Positions 19,455 through 28,678 are shown, counted from the stretch's first letter. The stretch is DNA of 64,000 bases from Candidatus Omnitrophota bacterium (GCA_021735045.1 JAIPHU010000002.1:10120-74119), one strand, 5' to 3'. Notes: generated by a model from the sequence alone, not told the origin. Numbers and translations are program-made.

Positions 19455-20498
19455 TTATTCTTGAGTCAGTAGGGGCAGAAAATAATTGTTTAATGCTTTC
19501 TTGTAAGATTTTTTCATTGCTAGTTGATCAAGTATTTTTTGGCTTTTTTTGATCAAGTTTTGAATGTCTTTTTTAGCCAAGTTAAGGGAGTTTGACTGAA
19601 GGATAAGTTTTTGGATTAAGGCGAGATCCTTTTTGTTAATTTGTTCTTTTAAGAGTAAATCTTTAATTTTAACCTGTTGTTTTTTCCGGCTTTTATTGTA
19701 AGCATAAAATATAAGTAAGGTCTTTTTTGCTTCTTGCAGATCAGAGGTTTGCGATTTTCCTGTTTTTTTCTCATCGCCAAAAATTCCCAAAATATCATCT
19801 TTTATTTGAAAAGCTCTTCCTAAACATTTTCCGTAAGCATTTATCTTATCTATTTCTTTTTTATTGACTCCTGCTAAAATTGCTCCGGTTGAAAGAGGAC
19901 AGGAAAAAGTATAGAAAGCTGTTTTGTAGTCATATATTTTATAGATATCAGATTTTTTCAGTTTATTTAGGGGCTTAATCCCATTGATCAGTTCAATGAA
20001 TTCACCGGATCCAGTAAATATGGCTGCTTTAACAAAGTTACGCAAAGCTTTTTCTTTTCGTCCAAAATTTTCTTTAATTGACAAGAAAGCATTGATTGCC
20101 AGCGCATAAACAATATCTCCAACTACAATTCCCAGATCATTACCGTTAAATTTTGCTTTTTTGTTTTTAGCTAAATAATTATCAAACATTGCATGCATCG
20201 AGGGTTTGCCACGGCGGGTTTCTGACTTATCAATTATATCATCATGGATTAGCATAAAGTTGTGAAGTAGTTCTATCGAAAGCGCACTTTGGTAAAGTCC
20301 GGCTGCGGATTTATTTTTATAGCCTTGGTAACCAACTATAAATAAGATAGGTCGGATTCTTTTTCCCTTGCGGAGGCTAAAATCTTTAATTTTATTAAAA
20401 AGAATCGGTGAGATAGAAGATAAAGAGTAGTCTTTATCTAGTTTGGCGAGGAAACCAGAAAGATTCTTATCAATTTTCTTTTTTATTTTTAAAAACAT
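19455..20498 (-). CDS. polyprenyl diphosphate synthase (GGPP synthase-like)
   Basis: First Asp-rich motif LIHDDIIDKSETRRG and second Asp-rich motif FQIKDDILG. Confidence 0.85.
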   Translation of the reverse strand: MFLKIKKKIDKNLSGFLAKLDKDYSLSSISPILFNKIKDFSLRKGKRIRPILFIVGYQGYKNKSAAGLYQSALSIELLHNFMLIHDDIIDKSETRRGKPSMHAMFDNYLAKNKKAKFNGNDLGIVVGDIVYALAINAFLSIKENFGRKEKALRNFVKAAIFTGSGEFIELINGIKPLNKLKKSDIYKIYDYKTAFYTFSCPLSTGAILAGVNKKEIDKINAYGKCLGRAFQIKDDILGIFGDEKKTGKSQTSDLQEAKKTLLIFYAYNKSRKKQQVKIKDLLLKEQINKKDLALIQKLILQSNSLNLAKKDIQNLIKKSQKILDQLAMKKSYKKALNNYFLPLLTQE

Positions 20499-20670
20499 TA
20501 ATTTATGATAGCATATAAAAAAATAAAAACAATTATTTTGAAAAATTATTATAAAAAAAAGATTATTAGTATTTATTTGCTAAAATTAAAATAATTAAAT
20601 AAATTTGCAAAACCTATCTTGATTGCGGTAGAATAAATGTCCAAAATAAGTAGCTGGATAAGGTATTACT

Positions 20671-21414
20671 ATGGAAACTATACTAAAAATTAGAAATTTA
20701 ACAGTCGAGGTTGAAGGTAAGGCTATTTTGCGTAACCTGGACCTTGATATTGCAAAAAATCAAAACCTTATTCTGTTTGGCCCGAATGGTTCTGGAAAAT
20801 CAACTTTAATTGGGGCGATTATGGGGTTTGAAAACTATAAAGTAACTTCAGGGACTATTGAGTTTTCCGGTAAAAATATTATCGGTTTAACTCCTGACCA
20901 GCGAGCAAGGCTGGGGATTGGGGTTATGTTTCAACATCCTCCTAAAATTAGAGGCATTCAGCTCAAGCAATTTATCGAGCTACTTTCTGATAAAAGTAAC
21001 AATAGCAAAGAAAAAGATAGTTTAGTTGAAACTTTAAATTTAAGCTATTTACTCGATCGGGATCTAAATGTAGATCTATCTGGAGGCGAGATTAAACGTT
21101 CTGAGTTGTTCCAAGTTTTGGTTCAAAGGCCTAAGTTATTGCTTTTAGACGAACCAGAATCAGGAGTTGATTTAGAAAACATTGCGCTGATGGGTAAAGC
21201 ATTGAATTCTTATCTTAAACGCCATAAACTTTCTGCATTAATTATAAGTCACACTGGCTATATTTTAGAATATATAAAAACTAAGTATGCTTGTGTGATG
21301 CTTGAAGGTAAAGTTTGCTGTCATGACAATCCTACCAAAATTTTCTCTGAAATTAAAAGTGTAGGTTATGAGAGATGTAAAGATTGTCGATGTAGAAGTG
21401 GAATTAAAAAATAA
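20671..21414 (+). CDS. sufC: Fe-S cluster assembly ATPase SufC
   Basis: Walker A GPNGSGKST, ABC signature LSGGE and Walker B LLLLDEPESG. No transmembrane partner. Followed by sufB/D. Confidence 0.85.
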   Translation: METILKIRNLTVEVEGKAILRNLDLDIAKNQNLILFGPNGSGKSTLIGAIMGFENYKVTSGTIEFSGKNIIGLTPDQRARLGIGVMFQHPPKIRGIQLKQFIELLSDKSNNSKEKDSLVETLNLSYLLDRDLNVDLSGGEIKRSELFQVLVQRPKLLLLDEPESGVDLENIALMGKALNSYLKRHKLSALIISHTGYILEYIKTKYACVMLEGKVCCHDNPTKIFSEIKSVGYERCKDCRCRSGIKK

Positions 21415-21416
21415 TT

Positions 21417-22517
21417 ATGACTAAAAAAATTAATCATAATTTCAATCAAGAAGATCAAGACAAAATTAAAAAAACTGGGCTTGATTTTTCGCAAAAAACT
21501 CGTTCAGCTTCTTTTATTCAACAAGATAATGATATTTTGTTCAATAAATCATTGCTTGACGGTATTGAAATTGAACCAATTGAGGCAGCTTTGAATAAAT
21601 ATCCTCAGATAAAAGAAAAATATTACGGAAAAGCTTTTAAGGAACTAAATAAAGAATATCCTAAAGAGACAGTTGGTGGTTATTTTATCAGAATAAAAAA
21701 AGGCAAAAAAGTCGAATTTCCAATTCAATCTTGTTTGTTTTTAAAAAATAAAAAATTTAAACAAAAAGTTCATAATATAATTGTTGCTGAAGAAGGTGCT
21801 CAGGCTCATATCATAACCGGTTGTGCTTCAGCTAAAGCAGCAGAAGAGGCATATCATTTAGGAATCTCAGAGTTTTTTGTAGAAAAAAATGCTTATCTTA
21901 ACTTCACTATGATTCATCGCTGGGAAAAAGATATTGAAGTAAAGCCGATGAGTGTGGCTATAGTAAGTCAAGGTGGGTCATTTGTCTCAAACTATATTTG
22001 TCTTAATCCGGTTAGAGATATCAAGATGTATCCTACTGCGGTATTAGCTAAAGATTGCAAAGCTACTTTTAGCTCACTTATGGTAGCTTATCCTAACTGC
22101 ATACAAGATATCGGCTCGAGAGTGATATTTAAAGAACCAGGGGCATCAGCTGAAATTATTTCACGTGCCGTTAGTTTAGGTGGAGAAGTTATTGCTCGAG
22201 GAGATCTAGATTCAAAAGCAGCTGGGATAAAAGCTCACCTAGAGTGCCGGGGTTTAATAGTTACCGAAACCGGTAAGATACATGCAATTCCAGAACTTAA
22301 GACAAAATATCGTGATGTTGATATGTCTCATGAGGCTGCAATTGGTAAAATTAGTAAAGATGAGATTAATTACCTAAGAGCAAGGGGGATACCTAAAGAA
22401 GAGGCACAATCTTTAATAATTCGTGGTTTTGTTGATGTAAATATTTTAGCTTTGCCTGAAGAGTTGCGTAAAGAAGTAGATAAATTAGCAGATCAAACTC
22501 TAGAGAGTGGTCTTTAA
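21417..22517 (+). CDS. Fe-S cluster assembly scaffold SufB/SufD family
   Basis: C-terminal UPF0051-like region. Adjacent to sufC. Confidence 0.7.
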   Translation: MTKKINHNFNQEDQDKIKKTGLDFSQKTRSASFIQQDNDILFNKSLLDGIEIEPIEAALNKYPQIKEKYYGKAFKELNKEYPKETVGGYFIRIKKGKKVEFPIQSCLFLKNKKFKQKVHNIIVAEEGAQAHIITGCASAKAAEEAYHLGISEFFVEKNAYLNFTMIHRWEKDIEVKPMSVAIVSQGGSFVSNYICLNPVRDIKMYPTAVLAKDCKATFSSLMVAYPNCIQDIGSRVIFKEPGASAEIISRAVSLGGEVIARGDLDSKAAGIKAHLECRGLIVTETGKIHAIPELKTKYRDVDMSHEAAIGKISKDEINYLRARGIPKEEAQSLIIRGFVDVNILALPEELRKEVDKLADQTLESGL

Positions 22518-22526
22518 TTTTTTTTG

Positions 22527-22554
22527 TTGCAATTTTTAGAAAAAACTATAGAAT
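22527..22554 (+). promoter_or_regulatory. sigma70-like promoter TTGCAA-16-TAGAAT upstream of fbaB
   Basis: Read directly. Confidence 0.45.
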
Positions 22555-22607
22555 AAAGATTCTCTTACCAAGAATAAATAATATATTCAGTCAAAGAAGG
22601 AGGAATA

Positions 22608-23660
22608 ATGAGCGATAAGATTAAACAAATCTTAGGGGATGATGCAAAAGATTTATTAGAACACAGTTGCCAAACTATCTCTAAGGATGACCTGCATCTA
22701 CCAGGGTCTGATTTTGTGGATAAGATTCATGCTGGTTCTGATCGGCCCAACAACGTGTTAAGAAATTTACAGGAAACTCTTAATCACGGAAGGTTAGGCG
22801 GAACCGGTTATTTGTCGGTTCTACCGGTTGACCAGGGTATCGAACACACTGCCGGTGCATCATTTGCGCCAAATCCGATCTATTTTGATCCAGAGAATAT
22901 TGTAAAGTTAGCGATAGAAGGTGGTTGCAATGCAGTAGCCTCAACTCTGGGAGTATTAGGCATCGTTTCCCGGAAATATTGTCATAAAATACCTTTTATT
23001 GTAAAAATTAATCATAATGAGCTTCTAACCTATCCTAACTCATATGATCAAAGATTGTTTGCCAACGTGGAACAAGCATTTGAAATGGGAGCAACTGGAG
23101 TGGGTGCGACTATTTATTTTGGTTCAGCACAGTCTCGGCGTCAAATTGAAGAAATATCGGAAGCTTTTGCTCGTGCCCATGAGTTAGGAATGTATACAGT
23201 ATTATGGTGTTACTTGCGTAATTCAGATTTTAAAAAAGATGGTAAAGACTATCATACGGCTGCTGATTTAACCGGGCAGGCAAATCATCTTGGGGTAACT
23301 ATTGAAGCTGATATTATTAAGCAGAAACAACCTACTCTAAATGGTGGTTTTGATGCAATTGGTTTTGGTAAGACTCATCCTTTGATGTATGAAAAATTAA
23401 GTTCAAATCATCCTATTGATTTAACTCGTTATCAAGTTGCAAATTGTTATATGGGAAGAGCCGGTTTGATTAACTCCGGTGGAGCATCTGGGAAAAACGA
23501 TATGCAACAAGCGGTAAAGACTGCAGTAATTAACAAACGAGCTGGAGGAATGGGTTTAATTTCAGGAAGAAAGGCTTTTCAGAAACCAATGGAAGAAGGA
23601 GTTGAAATTCTTAACGCTATCCAAGATGTTTATCTTGATCAAGAAATAACTATTGCCTAG
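22608..23660 (+). CDS. fbaB: class I fructose-bisphosphate aldolase, DhnA/FbaB type
   Basis: 350 aa. Colinear with E. coli FbaB as I recall it: GTGYLS(V/I)LPVDQG(I/V)[21 protein letters not shown] and KRAGGMGLI. Confidence 0.9.
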   Translation: MSDKIKQILGDDAKDLLEHSCQTISKDDLHLPGSDFVDKIHAGSDRPNNVLRNLQETLNHGRLGGTGYLSVLPVDQGIEHTAGASFAPNPIYFDPENIVKLAIEGGCNAVASTLGVLGIVSRKYCHKIPFIVKINHNELLTYPNSYDQRLFANVEQAFEMGATGVGATIYFGSAQSRRQIEEISEAFARAHELGMYTVLWCYLRNSDFKKDGKDYHTAADLTGQANHLGVTIEADIIKQKQPTLNGGFDAIGFGKTHPLMYEKLSSNHPIDLTRYQVANCYMGRAGLINSGGASGKNDMQQAVKTAVINKRAGGMGLISGRKAFQKPMEEGVEILNAIQDVYLDQEITIA

Positions 23661-23667
23661 GTGTAGT

Positions 23668-23692
23668 AAGGTATTCGCTAAATAGTTGCATT
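23668..23692 (+). repeat. partial copy of the dnaK-leader motif AAGGTATTCGCTAAATA(G)TTGCATT
   Basis: Matches the first ~25 nt of the motifs at 23743 and 52892. Confidence 0.5.
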
Positions 23693-23742
23693 AAGTATAA
23701 GACACTACGCCGAGTAATTCGGCTTAAGTGTCATTAAAAATA

Positions 23743-23786
23743 AAGGTATCCGCTAAATAATTGCATTTTTAATGAGGAGGTGGAAG
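23743..23786 (+). promoter_or_regulatory. duplicate of the grpE-dnaK intergenic RBS cassette (about 36 of 43 nt identical to 52892..52933), driving a 28-codon ORF
   Basis: aaggtatccgctaaataattgcatttttaatgaggaggtggaag + ATG, compared with aaggtattcgctaaataataacatttttaatggaggtagaag + ATG(dnaK). Confidence 0.5.
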
Positions 23787-23873
23787 ATGTGTTCAATCTT
23801 TGCGAAGCAAAGCGGTCCGAAGGACAAATTGAACCCATCGGTTTTAGTAATAGCAATTTTTCTTAAGAGATAA
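23787..23873 (+). CDS. 28-codon small ORF / possible leader peptide (MCSIFAKQSGPKDKLNPSVLVIAIFLKR) behind the duplicated dnaK RBS cassette
   Basis: Strong RBS GGAGG 7 nt upstream. Contains the palindromic segments ctttgcgaagcaaag and ttcaat...attgaa. Coding status unproven. Confidence 0.25.
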   Translation: MCSIFAKQSGPKDKLNPSVLVIAIFLKR

Positions 23874-23914
23874 AGGATTTGCAAATTAGGAGATAAAAGC
23901 ATAGGAGGTAAGAG

Positions 23915-24103
23915 ATGAAGGTAAAAGTTGATCCAGAAAAATGTATCGGTTGTCAAATGTGTGTGCAGGTTGCACCTGATCTATTTGAGATGAAAGAAGA
24001 TAAAGCTGAAGCAAAGGTTGAAGAAGTGCCTGAAGACAAACAGGATGAAGCTAAACAATCCTCAGAACAATGTCCTGTAGATGCAATCTCGATTGAAGAG
24101 TAA
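23915..24103 (+). CDS. small single-cluster ferredoxin
   Basis: CIGCQMCVQVAP...CPVDAI (CxxCxxC...CP). RBS ggaggt. Confidence 0.8.
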   Translation: MKVKVDPEKCIGCQMCVQVAPDLFEMKEDKAEAKVEEVPEDKQDEAKQSSEQCPVDAISIEE

Positions 24104-24126
24104 AAAAAGAATAATTTAATAAATTC

Positions 24127-24157
24127 GGCCCCGAAATCGTTTGGTTTCGGGGTTTTT
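24127..24157 (+). terminator. rho-independent terminator after the ferredoxin gene
   Basis: CCCCGAAA-tcgtttgg-TTTCGGGG followed by T5. Confidence 0.7.
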
Positions 24158-24163
24158 AATATC

Positions 24164-24192
24164 TTGCATGCTTATTTATTTTAAGATACAAT
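24164..24192 (+). promoter_or_regulatory. sigma70-like promoter TTGCAT-17-TACAAT immediately upstream of the (AACCAATT)n leader
   Basis: Read directly. The predicted TSS falls at the first repeat unit. Confidence 0.5.
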
Positions 24193-24194
24193 TT

Positions 24195-24271
24195 AATTAA
24201 CCAATTAACCAATTAACCAATTAACCAATTAACCAATTAACCAATTAACCAATTAACCAATTAACCAATTA
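24195..24271 (+). repeat. about 9.6 perfect tandem copies of the octamer AATTAACC (CCAATTAA register) running directly into the ATG at 24272
   Basis: Counted directly: 9 full units, and the 10th unit is converted into the start codon (aattaATG). There is no Shine-Dalgarno sequence. Confidence 0.95.
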
Positions 24272-24985
24272 ATGCCTTACTCAATCCTTTTAGTTGATGA
24301 TGACAAAGTATTTCAGCAAGAATTCATAGCTTCTTTCGATGATTATTCAATCGTTCCTGCCTGTTCAGGAGAAGAAGCGCTAAAGATATTAAGCAAACCG
24401 CATGAAATCGATTTGGTTTTACTGGATGTGATGCTGCCTGGCCAACGGGGGACTAAAATCCTAAAAAAGTTAAAAAAAACCAAACCAGAGTTGAAAGTAA
24501 TAATTTTAACTGGTTACAGCAACAAAGATATTGCCATTGAGGCCTTAAAGGCTGATGCTGATGATTATCTGGAAAAGCCCCTTGATTTAGAAAAGGCAGC
24601 GGCTATCTTTGAACAATACTTAAAGTATGGAACCAAAAGGAGTAATTTAGGCGCAAGTAGTATTGAAGAAAAAATTGCCAGGGTAAAAGAGTATATCCAG
24701 CGCAACTACCATACCCAAGTTTCTTTAAATGATGCTGCAAAAATAGTTTTTTTAAGCCCGAAATACTTAAGCCGGGTTTTTGCAAAGGTAACCGGTCAAG
24801 GGTTTAATCAATTTAAGCTTTCTTGTAAGATTGACAAAGCCAAAGAGCTGCTTCAGAAAAGTTCCTTAACTATTGAACAGATTTCTTATCAATTAGGTTA
24901 TCAAAATATCGAATCTTTTGTCCGGATTTTTAAAAAGTTTACTGGTAAAAGACCGACTCAATTTCGTAAAAAAAAGAAAAAATGA
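24272..24985 (+). CDS. response regulator, REC + AraC-type HTH
   Basis: LLVDDD, LVLLDVMLPG and C-terminal AraC helix-turn-helix signatures (LSPKYLSRVF, SFVRIFKKFTG). Confidence 0.85.
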   Translation: MPYSILLVDDDKVFQQEFIASFDDYSIVPACSGEEALKILSKPHEIDLVLLDVMLPGQRGTKILKKLKKTKPELKVIILTGYSNKDIAIEALKADADDYLEKPLDLEKAAAIFEQYLKYGTKRSNLGASSIEEKIARVKEYIQRNYHTQVSLNDAAKIVFLSPKYLSRVFAKVTGQGFNQFKLSCKIDKAKELLQKSSLTIEQISYQLGYQNIESFVRIFKKFTGKRPTQFRKKKKK

Positions 24986-26502
24986 AACAAAATTTAATTT
25001 TATCTCAGTGTCGGCTTGCTAAATTAATTGATGAGCCAGTGATCACCTGTGATTTAGATAATAAAATTTTGCTTTGGAATCAGGGAGCCGAGAAAAAATA
25101 CGGTTGGACAAAAGAAGAAGCACTAAATAAAGATGAAAATCAACTGCTAAAAACAAAAGCCAATCAAGATTTTCGCCAAATTAAAAAAGAAATTAAAAAG
25201 AAGGGGAAATGGGAAGGTGAGTTAGTTCAGGAAAAAAGTGATGGTAGAAAAATTATTGCCTGGAGCAAATGGGTTTATGATCGAGATCAAGCCGGAAATC
25301 CGATCGCAATAATTAAAATTAACAATGAAATCACTCACCAAAAAAGAATGGAAAGTGCCCTAGAGAACGCTTATCAGGAATCAGAAAAAACTGCAATTAA
25401 ACGTACGATAGAGCTGCAAGAAGCAAATGAACTTTTGGCCCGAATATTTTCGTCAACTTATGTTCTTTTTGCTTATCTGGATATCAACTTTAATTTTATC
25501 ACTGTGAATAAAGCTTATGCTGATGCAGAAGGAAAATCGATCGATTATTTTCCCGGCAAAAATCATTTCGATCTTTATCCTAATCAAGAAAATTTAGAAA
25601 TATTTAAAAAAGTGCTGGCAACCGGAAAAACCTATCTTTGTTACGAAAAACCCTTTATTTATCCAGATCAGCCGCAAAAAGTCACTTATTGGGACTGGAC
25701 TCTGGAGCCGATTAAAGATCCTTTTGGCGAGGTGGAAGGGTTACTTTTATGTTTAGTAGATGTAACCGAAAGAAAACTGCAACAAAAAGAACTGATTGAG
25801 ACCGAGAAAGAATTGTCTGGTGCTCAGCGTTTATCCAGTCTAGGAACATTGTCGGCAAGTATCGCTCATCAATTGCGCACTCCTTTAGCGGTGATTAAAA
25901 TGGCTACCTTTAATATTAAAAGAAAAAGCAAGAATCCCGAAATTGCAAAACATATTGAAAATATTGAGAAAAAAATATCAGAAAGCAGCCATACGATCAC
26001 CAACCTCTTAGCTTATTCTCGCCTGAAGCAACCGGATTTTGAAGAAGTTTATCTGGATCAGTTGTTGACTGATTGCATCAAAACTCACCAAAAACTATTT
26101 TCGAAAAAAAAGATTAGAATCAAAAGAGATTTAAAAAGTTTAAAAAAAGTTTTATTTAAATTAGATTCCTATCAAGCCCAAGAAATTTTTAATAATATTC
26201 TCACCAATGCTTGTCAAGCTTCGGCTGAAAAGAGCACGGTTGAAGTCAAAGCCGAAAAAGGAAGCGACTTTAAATTTTTAATTAAAATTTCCGACCAAGG
26301 TTTGGGGATTAATAAAGAAAATATAAAAAGAATCTTTGAGCCGTTTTTCTCCCGCAAAAAAACAGGCACCGGCCTCGGTTTAAGTTTGGTTAAAGAGTTA
26401 GTGGACCTAAATCGGGGAAAAATCAATATAGAGAGCAAAGAAGGAAGAGGAACCACAGTTACTCTAGAATTTTCCGCCGAAAGCATACCTGCCCGTACTT
26501 AA
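24982..26502 (+). CDS. cytoplasmic PAS-PAS sensor histidine kinase
   Basis: H-box SIAHQLRTPL, N-box NNILTNACQAS, G-boxes DQGLGI and TGTGLGL. No TM segment. 4-nt overlap with the upstream regulator gene. Confidence 0.85.
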   Translation: MKQNLILSQCRLAKLIDEPVITCDLDNKILLWNQGAEKKYGWTKEEALNKDENQLLKTKANQDFRQIKKEIKKKGKWEGELVQEKSDGRKIIAWSKWVYDRDQAGNPIAIIKINNEITHQKRMESALENAYQESEKTAIKRTIELQEANELLARIFSSTYVLFAYLDINFNFITVNKAYADAEGKSIDYFPGKNHFDLYPNQENLEIFKKVLATGKTYLCYEKPFIYPDQPQKVTYWDWTLEPIKDPFGEVEGLLLCLVDVTERKLQQKELIETEKELSGAQRLSSLGTLSASIAHQLRTPLAVIKMATFNIKRKSKNPEIAKHIENIEKKISESSHTITNLLAYSRLKQPDFEEVYLDQLLTDCIKTHQKLFSKKKIRIKRDLKSLKKVLFKLDSYQAQEIFNNILTNACQASAEKSTVEVKAEKGSDFKFLIKISDQGLGINKENIKRIFEPFFSRKKTGTGLGLSLVKELVDLNRGKINIESKEGRGTTVTLEFSAESIPART

Positions 26503-26681
26503 TCTAATTTTTTTACAGTATTTTTTATTTTTTTCAATCACTACAATCGTATTTTAATCACTGTAATCTCTGTATAAATTAGTAGAAAAAAGTCAAAAAA
26601 AGGGAGAAACTCCCAGTTTCTTTATTGTTTAGATTAGTTAATATATAGTTAACTAAAGAATATAAAACAAGGGAGCATCCT

Positions 26682-28403
26682 GTGCCAATCCATAATAATA
26701 AAATAGCAGATATTTTTTCCGAAATTGCCGATCTTTTGGATATCCAAGACGAGAACCAATTTCGGATTAGGTCCTACCGTAATGCTGCTCGCACTATTGA
26801 CGGTTTAAGCCAGAGTGTGGCTGAAATGGTTAAAGAAGGGAAAGATTTATCCAAGCTTTCCGGTATTGGTAAAGATCTTGCCCAAAAGATTGAAACTATT
26901 GTCAAAAAAGGGAGTTTGCCGCAGTTGAAGAAATTACGCAAAAAGACTCCCCAGAGTTTAAGTACGATCATGAAAGTAGCGGGCCTAGGGCCCAAAAAAG
27001 TGAAAGCAATGAATAAGAAATTAAATATAAAAGCCTTAAAAGATTTAAAGAGAGCTGCCAAAGCGGGAAAAGTTAGTCAATTAGAAGGTTTTGGTAAAAA
27101 GACCGAGAAAAATATTTTAGAAAATATTGGTCAAATTGAAAGCGGAGAAAAACGGAAAAAGATATTGGCGGTAAAACAGTTAGCCGAGCCTTTAATTGCT
27201 TATTTAAAAAAAGATCAGAGCCTAAAGGATATATCCACCGCTGGAAGTTACCGGCGCAAAAAAGAAACCGTAAAAGACTTAGATATTTTGGTTACCCACA
27301 AGAGTAAGTCAAAAATTATGGATCACTTTACAAAATATGAAGATGTAAAAAAGGTAATAGCTAAAGGAAATACCAAATCAACCGTTAAGTTGCGTTCTGA
27401 TTTCAATGTTGATCTACGTTCGGTAGCCAAATCAAATTATGGCGCGGCTCTTTTATACTTTACCGGTTCTAAAGCGCACAATATTGCAATTAGAAAAATC
27501 GCGGTAGCAAAAAAGTATAAGTTGAATGAATACGGCTTATTTAAGGGAAAAAAAAGAGTTGCCGGAAAAACTGAAGCAGAGGTTTATCACAAATTAGGGC
27601 TTAAATATATTGCGCCGGAACTACGCGAAAACCGAGGTGAGGTAGAAGCGGCAAAGAAGAATAAACTGCCGAAATTAGTGAAGCTCAAAGATATAAAAGG
27701 AGACTTTCATGCACACAGCAAAAGCACCGACGGTAAAAATACAATTGAAGAGATGGCCAAAGCGGCCAAAAAAATCGGTTATAAATACCTGGCAATTACC
27801 GATCATACTAAGAATGTAACGGTAGCCGGTGGCCTGGATGAGAAAGCTTTTAAAAAACAGATAAAAAATATTGATCAGGCAAACAAAAAAATAAAAGGGA
27901 TTACCCTGCTTAAAGGCGCAGAGGTGGACATTTTAAAAGATGGCTCGCTTGATTTGCCAGATTCGGTATTAAAAAAATTAGATGTAGTAGTTTGTGCAGT
28001 TCACTACAACCGCAATCTTTCCAAGCAAAAACAGACTAAAAGAGCGCTCAAAGCGATGGATAATCCTTATTTTCAGATTTTCGCTCATCCTTCCGGGCGA
28101 TTAATCAATGAGCGCAAGCCTTACGAAATTGATCTGGAAAAAGTGATGCAGAAAGCAAAGCAAAAGAATATAATTTTAGAATTAAATGCTCATCCCAAAC
28201 GGCTTGATTTAAATGATGCAGATGTAAAAAGAGCCAAAGAAATGGGGATAAAAATAGCTATTGCTACAGACGGCCATTCAACCGATGACCTAAAGCTTAT
28301 GGGGTATGGCCTCGGTCAAGCCCGACGGGGCTGGTTGGCTAAAAAAGATGTGATAAATAGTTATAGTTTAAGCCAGCTTAAGGACGTATTAAGAAAAAAG
28401 TAA
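26682..28403 (+). CDS. polX: family X DNA polymerase with C-terminal PHP phosphoesterase domain (PolX), GTG start
   Basis: N-terminal helix-hairpin-helix and pol-beta-like domains. PHP motifs GDFHAHSKSTDG, HYN and ATDGH. RBS aagggag. Confidence 0.9.
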   Translation: MPIHNNKIADIFSEIADLLDIQDENQFRIRSYRNAARTIDGLSQSVAEMVKEGKDLSKLSGIGKDLAQKIETIVKKGSLPQLKKLRKKTPQSLSTIMKVAGLGPKKVKAMNKKLNIKALKDLKRAAKAGKVSQLEGFGKKTEKNILENIGQIESGEKRKKILAVKQLAEPLIAYLKKDQSLKDISTAGSYRRKKETVKDLDILVTHKSKSKIMDHFTKYEDVKKVIAKGNTKSTVKLRSDFNVDLRSVAKSNYGAALLYFTGSKAHNIAIRKIAVAKKYKLNEYGLFKGKKRVAGKTEAEVYHKLGLKYIAPELRENRGEVEAAKKNKLPKLVKLKDIKGDFHAHSKSTDGKNTIEEMAKAAKKIGYKYLAITDHTKNVTVAGGLDEKAFKKQIKNIDQANKKIKGITLLKGAEVDILKDGSLDLPDSVLKKLDVVVCAVHYNRNLSKQKQTKRALKAMDNPYFQIFAHPSGRLINERKPYEIDLEKVMQKAKQKNIILELNAHPKRLDLNDADVKRAKEMGIKIAIATDGHSTDDLKLMGYGLGQARRGWLAKKDVINSYSLSQLKDVLRKK

Positions 28404-28418
28404 AAGAAGGAGGTAGTA

Positions 28419-28655
28419 ATGACAAAAGAAGTTTTAGTCTATAGCACAGCAACTTGTCCTTATTGTCAAAAGCTAAAAGAGTATCTAAAAAAAAATAATC
28501 TTAATTTTACTAATTATGACGTCTCTAGTGATCAAGAAAAACTAGAAGAGATGAAGGAGAAATCTGGACAAATGGGAGTGCCGGTTATTGATATTGATGG
28601 TGAAATCATTAAAGGGTTCGATCAAGAAAGGTTAAATCAGGTTTTAGGAATTTGA
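28419..28655 (+). CDS. glutaredoxin-like protein (NrdH/YruB-type)
   Basis: 78 aa, CPYC active site, RBS ggaggt. Confidence 0.8.
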   Translation: MTKEVLVYSTATCPYCQKLKEYLKKNNLNFTNYDVSSDQEKLEEMKEKSGQMGVPVIDIDGEIIKGFDQERLNQVLGI

Positions 28656-28678
28656 TAATTTTGGTTTAAAGAGGCAAG

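Noticed and set aside
23753-23956. Minus-strand 67-aa ORF overlapping the duplicated dnaK cassette and the ferredoxin start.
   Set aside because: It overlaps a plus-strand RBS/ATG region and the ferredoxin CDS, and has no RBS. It is most likely spurious.
24195-24271. Possibility that the CCAATTAA array is a CRISPR array.
   Set aside because: The unit is only 8 nt, the copies are contiguous with no spacers, and no cas genes are present. It is a simple tandem repeat.
26579-26602. Recurring A-rich motif TAGTRGAAAAAAGTCAAAAWAAAG at 26579, 33899 and (weaker) 31261, upstream of polX, rtcB/ferredoxin-like and the SOR gene. Considered as a shared stress-regulon operator.
   Set aside because: The 33899 copy is fully explained as the minus-strand sigma70 promoter of the convergent PilZ gene (TTGACT-18-TTATAAT read on the reverse strand). 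The others may be chance TTGACT-like elements in A-rich DNA, and the evidence is insufficient for a regulon claim.
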